Shown one piece after another: positions 57,868 through 64,000 of a DNA stretch of 64,000 bases. Origin of the DNA: Myxococcales bacterium (GTDB lineage Bacteria; Myxococcota_A; Polyangia; Palsa-1104; JAEUJZ01); the NCBI GenBank assembly GCA_016794365.1, contig JAEUKB010000085.1, positions 19,658 through 83,657 of the forward strand, in the 5' to 3' direction. Position 1 is the stretch's first letter; each line of letters opens with the position of its first letter. Position numbers and translations under genes: made by a program. A model generated the notes under the pieces. The model saw only the letters and a program-made list of their open reading frames with translations, was not told where the DNA came from and did no database searches.

Positions 57868-58890
57868 ATGCGGACTTCTCTTTCGCTGGTGGCGTTCTTG
57901 TGCCAGGCCGCTTGTGGACTGCCCGACGACGCAGAGTTCCGAGGAGCCCCACCGCAGCCTCAGCAAGTGACGGTTGCGTTTCCGGGTGTTTCGACGATGT
58001 CGATTCGCCCGCCGAAGGAAGAGACGCCGCCCAAAGCCGCAGAGCAGGCTTCCTACTACAAGCTGGCGCAGAACATGGCGACGCTGCTCAACGGAAGCGC
58101 GCTACAGCTTCTGTCGGTGGCTCGCGTGATGGTGCAGCTTCCTGCGACGACTCGAATGGGCCAAAGTCGCACCTTTGGTCCGTACGCCCCCGGAGGCACT
58201 GATCCGCTGACCTATCGACTGGTGATCAGCAAGCTCGGCGACGCGGTGTTTGCGTATACGCTGTCGGCACGCGGTCCCAGCGTCGGCATGACCGAGTCAG
58301 AATACCTGACCGTCTTGGAAGGCGCCGTCACCCAAGGACAGAGCGTCGGCAGCGGCAAAGGTCGCATGACCGTCTACTTCGACAACCGCCGCAAGCTGTC
58401 GCCGCAGAGCTGTGAGCACGGACGCATCGACTTCGACTTTGACAGCCTCGGAAGCCCTGCGCTGCTCGACATCACGCTCAGTCAGTCCGGCAGCCAAAAT
58501 CCGCAAAATCGCAAGTGCAAGCAAGATCCGCCACGCGACGGACGCTTCCACGCAGAGCACAGCGAGGACAATGCGGGCAGCTTCGTCTTCGACGCGCGCA
58601 GCGACGTTCACAGCGGTGATTCCAGTCGTCCGATGCTCGAAACGGTGCTCATCCACAGTCGCTGGGATGCCAATGGCCAAGGACGCGCCGACGGCAAGAT
58701 CGCCGATGGAGAAGTCACCACCGACTTGCGCAACGCCGGACAGACCGAGCGCTACGTGACGTTTTCGCAGTGCTGGAACGAAGCTGGCAAGGTGCTCTAT
58801 CAGGTCAGTGAGCCCGAGTCGCTGCGCCTGATTGCGAAGCTGGGCGACGAAAAGCTCTGCGTTCCCCAGCACGCAGAGCTACCGCACTGA
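57868..58890 (+). CDS. Hypothetical lipoprotein
   Basis: LVAFLCQAACG lipobox. No recognisable domain. Confidence 0.4.
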   Translation: MRTSLSLVAFLCQAACGLPDDAEFRGAPPQPQQVTVAFPGVSTMSIRPPKEETPPKAAEQASYYKLAQNMATLLNGSALQLLSVARVMVQLPATTRMGQSRTFGPYAPGGTDPLTYRLVISKLGDAVFAYTLSARGPSVGMTESEYLTVLEGAVTQGQSVGSGKGRMTVYFDNRRKLSPQSCEHGRIDFDFDSLGSPALLDITLSQSGSQNPQNRKCKQDPPRDGRFHAEHSEDNAGSFVFDARSDVHSGDSSRPMLETVLIHSRWDANGQGRADGKIADGEVTTDLRNAGQTERYVTFSQCWNEAGKVLYQVSEPESLRLIAKLGDEKLCVPQHAELPH

Positions 58891-58930
58891 CCGCGAAGCG
58901 GTGCGGACGCCCGAAACGTCCGACGCTTCA

Positions 58931-60217
58931 CTATTTGCCCGGAGACGCTGGTGGCGACGAAGAAGGCTGCGCCGAGCGCAGAATCGCTCGCTGAGCCGTC
59001 GAGAGCAGATCCACTCCCGTCGAAGCGCGAACTTGTTCGTTGACCGCAACCACCTGCGCACCAAACGGCACACTTCCGCTGCTGCTGCCACCGAGCAGTG
59101 TCAGACGATCGACCTTCAACGCCTTCATCGTGCCGGTCAGCTCACCAAAGACAGGCAACAGTTTCTGAAGCAGCAGCGACTCGCGCGCGTTGCGACCACC
59201 GGCTTGGTAGGCCTGCGACAGGCTGACGAGCGCTGCCGCTGCGGCACGACCTTCTGCGGCCACCGATGCTGCGTTGGCTTTGGCATCCGCTTCCGCCTTC
59301 GCTTTGGTCGCCTGCGCCGACGCAATCACATCGGCTTCGAGCTTTCGTCGCACCTGCTCAGCCCGCGCTTCCCAGGCTCGCAGCTGCGCTTTGGCTTCCG
59401 TCAGCTGCGCTTGCACTTGGCCTCGGACTTCGGCAATCACGGCTTCACGCTTGGTCTGCGCTTCCACCAGCCGTCGCTGATTTTCCTTCTGCGCAATCTG
59501 CATGTCCGTCTCGATCTTCGCGATCTCGGCGTTCATTTGGTTGTGCGCTTTCTGCACCGCCGCTGCGGCCCACGCCTGAAGCTCTGCAATTCGCGCTTCC
59601 TTCTTGATTCGCGCCGAGCGCACCCGACCGACCGACGACAGATAGCTCACATCATCGCTGATGTTTTGGATTTGCAGGTTGTCGAGCACGAGCCCCAGCC
59701 GATGCAGATCCTTGTCGGCTTCCTCGATGAGCTTTTGCTGAAAGATCATCTTCTGCTGGTTGATTTCCTCGGGAGTAAGCTCCGCGATGACACCGCGCAG
59801 GTTGCCTTCGAGCGTGTCTTTGGCGACGCGCATGATCCCTTCCCGGGATGCACCAAGAAAGCGCTCGATCGCGTTGTGAAGCAGCGACTCTTCACTCGGC
59901 AGCTTGACGTTGGCCACCGCGTGAACTTTCAGCGGAATGCCACCGCGCGAAAATGCATTGTTCACCGACAGCTCAATCGCCATGTTGGTAAGCTGCATGC
60001 GATCGATCGTCTCGATGAGCGGAATCCGCATCGCACGACCGCCGCGCACCACCCGATAACCGACCAGTCTTCCGTCTGCCAGCCGTCGCGTACGACCTGA
60101 AAAGATCAACACTTCCGACGGAGGACAGACCGAAATGTTGTTCACGACGGTGAACAGCAGGAACGCGCCTGCCGCCAGCACCATCGCCATGATGATGGTG
60201 ATTGCAAGTGGGCTCAT
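58931..60217 (-). CDS. Flotillin / SPFH (band 7) domain protein
   Basis: N-terminal TM, SPFH core (RIPLIETIDRM...IPLKVHAVANVKL), and a long Ala/Glu/Gln-rich coiled-coil (EA/AEA repeats). Confidence 0.8.
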   Translation of the reverse strand: MSPLAITIIMAMVLAAGAFLLFTVVNNISVCPPSEVLIFSGRTRRLADGRLVGYRVVRGGRAMRIPLIETIDRMQLTNMAIELSVNNAFSRGGIPLKVHAVANVKLPSEESLLHNAIERFLGASREGIMRVAKDTLEGNLRGVIAELTPEEINQQKMIFQQKLIEEADKDLHRLGLVLDNLQIQNISDDVSYLSSVGRVRSARIKKEARIAELQAWAAAAVQKAHNQMNAEIAKIETDMQIAQKENQRRLVEAQTKREAVIAEVRGQVQAQLTEAKAQLRAWEARAEQVRRKLEADVIASAQATKAKAEADAKANAASVAAEGRAAAAALVSLSQAYQAGGRNARESLLLQKLLPVFGELTGTMKALKVDRLTLLGGSSSGSVPFGAQVVAVNEQVRASTGVDLLSTAQRAILRSAQPSSSPPASPGK

Positions 60218-61551
60218 CGCTTGTCTCCTTCCACCGGCGTCAGCAGGTTCTTGATATCGACGCCGGTTAGACCCTTCAGCGTCGATAGAACTTCCGTCAC
60301 AATCGCAGGATAGGCGGCGGCCACTTGCGCGAGCGAGCTACCGTCTCCCGAATCGACAATGTGAATCTCGCGCACCGACAGATCTTTGACCTTATCGGCC
60401 ACCTGAGCGACGAGCGCATCCAGCTGCGACAGCACAAACAGCTCGCGCGCGTTCGGTCCTGCCGCCTGAAGTGCTTCAGTCAGCACGCGCATCGCTTCGG
60501 CTGCGGCCAGACCTTGCTCTCGACGAGGAGCCGCCAAGCCTTCCGCCAGCAGAAGCTGCGCTTTTTGGTCCGCCTCGGCGGGCAAGACCACTTCCGCGTG
60601 CAGCTTCCGCTGGTTGAGATCCTTGCGCACCGTCTGAAGCTCTTGCTCTGCTTCGGCCCGTGCTTGCTCGGTACTGGCTTGCGCTTCCCGCTCGACCGCT
60701 TGCGCTTGACCTTCCAGCTGACCGACGATCTGCCGGAGCTGGTTGCGCTTCTGCGCCACACCGATTTCAGCGTCTTTTTGCGCCACTTCCGCCAGCTGTC
60801 GCGCCGCCGCTTCCTGCTGCGAGATCTCTTGATTCGCTTGATTTTCCGCGTTTTCCGCGTCGCGCACCGCCGCTGCAATCTGCGCGCGTCCCAGGTTCAC
60901 CAGATAGCCAGCTTCGTCCTCGACGCGCTGAATCTTCAGCGTGTCAAGCTGAAGGCCCATCTTGTTAAAGATCTGATTCGAGACTTGCACCAGCTGATTC
61001 GCAAACTCGATGCGGTCTTGGTTGACCTGCTCGGGCGTAAGCTGCGAAATCACGTCGCGCAGCGAGCCTTCCAGCGTCTGTTTCGCCGTCTGCCAAATCA
61101 TCTCCCGAGGGAGGTTCAAAAAGCGCTCCACCGCGTTGTAGACAAAGCGCGGATCACTCGAGATCTTGACGTTGGCAATCGCGTGAATATCGAGCGGAAT
61201 GCCGCCACTCGACAGAGCTTTGGGCATCGACAGCTCGATCGGAATCAGCCGCAGATCCATCCGATCCACGGTCTGCAAAAACGGAATCCGAAAGTGCGTT
61301 CCCGACAGCACAGCCGTAAACGTCGTCTGCTCACCGCTGCTGGTTCGGTGCGATTTGCCCGACACCACCAGCAGCTCATTCGGACGACAGATGTACAGAA
61401 ACTGCCGCAGCATCCACACGAGCACCAGCAGACCGACGACAAACGCCGCCGCCAGCATCACCACGCCCGCCAGTCGCGCATCGTCGCTGACCAGCTGCGG
61501 TGGAGGCTCGTCGAGCCGCACGCTCGCAAGCGCCAAGGGGAAAGACATCAT
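60214..61551 (-). CDS. Flotillin / SPFH (band 7) domain protein, paralog of the downstream gene
   Basis: Same architecture (RIPFLQTVDRMDLR...IPLDIHAIANVKI, coiled-coil). 4-nt start/stop overlap with the 58931 gene. Confidence 0.8.
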   Translation of the reverse strand: MMSFPLALASVRLDEPPPQLVSDDARLAGVVMLAAAFVVGLLVLVWMLRQFLYICRPNELLVVSGKSHRTSSGEQTTFTAVLSGTHFRIPFLQTVDRMDLRLIPIELSMPKALSSGGIPLDIHAIANVKISSDPRFVYNAVERFLNLPREMIWQTAKQTLEGSLRDVISQLTPEQVNQDRIEFANQLVQVSNQIFNKMGLQLDTLKIQRVEDEAGYLVNLGRAQIAAAVRDAENAENQANQEISQQEAAARQLAEVAQKDAEIGVAQKRNQLRQIVGQLEGQAQAVEREAQASTEQARAEAEQELQTVRKDLNQRKLHAEVVLPAEADQKAQLLLAEGLAAPRREQGLAAAEAMRVLTEALQAAGPNARELFVLSQLDALVAQVADKVKDLSVREIHIVDSGDGSSLAQVAAAYPAIVTEVLSTLKGLTGVDIKNLLTPVEGDKR

Positions 61552-62303
61552 GTTCCTCTTCCTCTTTCTTTCGTGGCTTGGGCAAGTGCCTGTGCGCCAC
61601 GAGATGACTCAACCTGCTGTTGGCCGTCGCGCACCACGCTGACATCGGCCTGTCCATCGCGAATATCCGTGATCGTCACCTCGCCACCTTCCGTCAGTGC
61701 GCCGCCGTCGGTTGCTTTGGCGATCAGGTCGATGGTCTGACCTCGAAACTCTAGCCGGATCTTCCCCAGACCGCCCGCAGGTGCCGGAATCAACACCGTC
61801 GCACGCGAGCCGATCATCTGCTCTTCCACCAGCGTTCCTGGCACCGTGGTCACGCTCATCTTGCGCATCACCGCCCGCGCCACGAGCGCCGTCGAAAGTC
61901 CGACGCCGAGCGCAGACAGACCCGCTATCGGCTCTGGCACCTTCGCAACCGTTCGCAAGAGCAGCCCCGTCAGTCCCCCAAACGCCAGCAGATAGGTCCA
62001 CATCTGAATCGAGAGTAGCCAGAGCAGCGCCGTCGGAATCCCAGCATCCATTCCATCGCTGTGATGATGAGCGTGGCCATCGACTGCGTGCCCGTCTGCA
62101 CCGACTGCGTGTCCGACTGCGTGTCCGTCTGCATGCGCATCGCTTACGCCGTGCGCTTCACCGTCTGCGTGCGCATCCGCGTGACCATCTCCGTCACCGT
62201 CTTGCGAGCCTCCGCCAAACAGCGAAACCAGCACGAGCAGACAGCCCGCAACGGCCGCAAACACATACAGGTACAGCACGGCATGAATTGTCAGCCCGCA
62301 CAA
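61548..62303 (-). CDS. NfeD-like membrane protein (OB-fold C-terminus) with a His/Asp-rich segment
   Basis: N-terminal TM helices, His-rich HADAHADGEAHGVSDAHADGHAVGHAVGADGHAVDGHAHHH, and a C-terminal NfeD-like beta domain (GSRATVLIPAPAGGLGKIRLEFRGQTIDL). 4-nt overlap with the flotillin gene. Confidence 0.6.
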   Translation of the reverse strand: MCGLTIHAVLYLYVFAAVAGCLLVLVSLFGGGSQDGDGDGHADAHADGEAHGVSDAHADGHAVGHAVGADGHAVDGHAHHHSDGMDAGIPTALLWLLSIQMWTYLLAFGGLTGLLLRTVAKVPEPIAGLSALGVGLSTALVARAVMRKMSVTTVPGTLVEEQMIGSRATVLIPAPAGGLGKIRLEFRGQTIDLIAKATDGGALTEGGEVTITDIRDGQADVSVVRDGQQQVESSRGAQALAQATKERGRGT

Positions 62304-62404
62304 GACCGGCTGTCAAACCTCTGACGACTGGACGCGAGCGATTGCCCCGAGAGCAGCGCACTTTGCCCACGATGCAGCGAAAGCGCCTACAGCAACTGCA
62401 CGGG

Positions 62405-63067
62405 CTACAGCGGACGCGTAAACGCTTGTAGCAGCGACGTGACCGCGCGAGTCGCATCCTCGATGGCAGCCCGCCGACTGATCGCGCCTTCAATCCAGCC
62501 ATCCAGCGCCGCCCGTCCCGCAGCCACCACCACCCACATCAGGTTGACCGCGCGCCGAGGCGGCAGCCCCGAAAGCTCCGCCAGCTGCTTCTGCCACGGC
62601 TTGAGCATCTGCGCCAAGATCGTCCGCCCGAGCCGTCCCAGCTCTGGATCCGTACCGCGCACATCAAGCAGCAGCCAAGGCCCCGCACCGTGTGCCTCGA
62701 TCGCTTCGCAGCTTGCCTTCACAAACGACTCGGTGATTTGCGGAAGCGAGCCCGGCAGGCTCGACAGCATGGCCCGCGAATAGCGCGCCGAGAGCTGACT
62801 GGCAAAGTCTTCGAGCAGCGCTTTCACCAGCGCTCGTCGCGTCGGAAACAGTCGATACACCAGCGGCCTCGACACGCCCGCGCGCTCGGCCACTTCGGTG
62901 ATCTGCACGTCATCAATGCCTTGCGCAGTCAGAATTTCCGCTGCGACTTGCAAAAGCTGCCGTCGCCGCTCGTCTTTCGGAACTCGACCTGTGCGCCCCG
63001 CTTCCACCTGCTCCGCCTTCACCGTCCGTGCTGAGTTTGCAGCACCGGGAATTTTTCGCACCGCCAT
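62405..63067 (-). CDS. TetR/AcrR family transcriptional regulator
   Basis: N-terminal HTH RRRQLLQVAAEILTAQGIDDVQITEVAERAGVSRPLVYRLFPTRRALV. Confidence 0.8.
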   Translation of the reverse strand: MAVRKIPGAANSARTVKAEQVEAGRTGRVPKDERRRQLLQVAAEILTAQGIDDVQITEVAERAGVSRPLVYRLFPTRRALVKALLEDFASQLSARYSRAMLSSLPGSLPQITESFVKASCEAIEAHGAGPWLLLDVRGTDPELGRLGRTILAQMLKPWQKQLAELSGLPPRRAVNLMWVVVAAGRAALDGWIEGAISRRAAIEDATRAVTSLLQAFTRPL

Positions 63068-63160
63068 GCTCTGGACTCTAACGCAGTCACGACAATTGAC
63101 AGTTTGAAACGAAATCCATTACACCGTGTAACGATTTCAACCCACCACATGGAGCCGCAG

Positions 63161-64000
63161 ATGTCATCGACCGCGCCCGATGTTCCGACGACTCGCAAGC
63201 ACTCACCCGGCAGCCCGCTGTGGGCCAAAGTCATCGATCGATCGCTTCCGTTTGTGCTGGCTGGGGCCGGACTGCTCGCGCCCGATCACATCGGAACATT
63301 TTATCTGGCCCTCTTGGTTGGCTTTTTGGGCATTGCGGGGGCGGTCCTGACGGGCGCTGCGCTGGTGACGCTGCTCAGTGAACGCCAAGCGCGACGCATC
63401 CAAGGTCCGCGCACCAAGCCTGCGCCGATGCTGTCCGAGTCCAAAGACACCGCGCTGGCTGCCTTTATTGCCGCGTGCTTTTTGGCCTGGCCGCTGTGGC
63501 GACTGTGGACCGGACGCCCGATTGGGCTGACGTGGTCCGTGGAAGACGCCGGAGGTTTTCCGCTTGTGCTGATACAAAACACGCTGGCGATCTTTGTGCT
63601 GGATGCCTGGCTGTACTGGAAACATCGACTGCTTCATACCAAGCTACTGTTTCCGTTTCATCGCGCACATCATGCCTATCGAGATCCAACTGCCCTGGCT
63701 GGTTTCGCGGTAGGCCCAGTTGAATCCGTCATGACTTTTTGGCCACTTGTGTTGGTTGCATTACCAGAAGCAAAGCACTATGCACCCATTTACTTTACCT
63801 TGGTTGGCGGTTTTATCATGCTGAACTATTATCTACATTGTGGAGTACGCATTGAGCTGGTCGAGCGCTTGCTTTCTCCGCTATTGCTCAATACTTCGGC
63901 CTTTCACAACATCCACCACTCGCATGCCGACGTAAACTTCGGGGAAGCCATGACGCTGTGGGATCGACTGTGTCGGACGCGGCTCTCGGATTCCCGACGC
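63161..64000 (+). CDS. Fatty acid hydroxylase / sterol desaturase superfamily membrane protein; the 3' end runs off the window
   Basis: Translation from ATG 63161 is open to the window end. His boxes HRLLHTKLLFPFHRAHHAY and HNIHHSH plus multiple TM helices. It is divergent from the TetR gene and absent from the ORF track because it has no in-window stop. Confidence 0.7.
   Translation, partial: MSSTAPDVPTTRKHSPGSPLWAKVIDRSLPFVLAGAGLLAPDHIGTFYLALLVGFLGIAGAVLTGAALVTLLSERQARRIQGPRTKPAPMLSESKDTALAAFIAACFLAWPLWRLWTGRPIGLTWSVEDAGGFPLVLIQNTLAIFVLDAWLYWKHRLLHTKLLFPFHRAHHAYRDPTALAGFAVGPVESVMTFWPLVLVALPEAKHYAPIYFTLVGGFIMLNYYLHCGVRIELVERLLSPLLLNTSAFHNIHHSHADVNFGEAMTLWDRLCRTRLSDSRR

Overview
This is a high-GC, gene-dense chromosomal segment of about 64 kb, read directly from the sequence. 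It looks most consistent with a myxobacterium (Myxococcota). The evidence is a protein with a MYXO-CTERM-type tail, four eukaryotic-like Ser/Thr kinase genes, an FHA-domain sigma-54 activator, many formylglycine-generating-enzyme/OmpA/DUF349-type secreted proteins and lipoproteins, and small AT-rich hairpin repeats between convergent genes.

- **Left edge (1-790).** A large serine recombinase gene runs off the window edge on the minus strand. It sits 65 bp from a Ser/Thr kinase gene that is cut abruptly just after its HRD catalytic-loop codons, next to an AT-rich palindrome. I read this as the right boundary of an integrated mobile element or prophage that lies mostly left of the window.
- **1.4-5.5 kb.** Two divergent class-I SAM methyltransferases (one clearly lower in GC), a formylglycine-generating-enzyme-domain lipoprotein, and a second kinase gene that has decayed into a frameshifted pseudogene.
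- **Rest of the window.** Mostly ordinary housekeeping, envelope and signalling genes: a PilZ protein with an in-frame (RPQSG)5 tandem repeat, MFS transporters, an ectonucleotide phosphodiesterase, a metallo-beta-lactamase-fold hydrolase, a GMC oxidoreductase, a cyclase-like protein, S9 and M14 peptidases, a degenerate sigma-54-activator-like AAA+ protein, HtrA, a Nudix hydrolase, a DUF349 protein, a Pal-like OmpA lipoprotein with a CpoB-like partner, an OmpA protein with thrombospondin type 3 repeats, a 1027-aa DUF11 surface protein, an FHA-sigma-54 activator / kinase-TPR / lipoprotein module, a sirtuin abutting an HTH-EgtD-like methyltransferase fusion, an ahpC-ahpD-perR peroxide locus with a candidate operator palindrome, an nfeD-flotillin-flotillin operon, and a TetR regulator paired with a fatty-acid hydroxylase that runs off the right edge.
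- **Not found.** No rRNA or tRNA gene and no CRISPR array.
- **Rejected.** Several long antisense ORFs in the six-frame track are composition artefacts and are listed under noticed_but_rejected.
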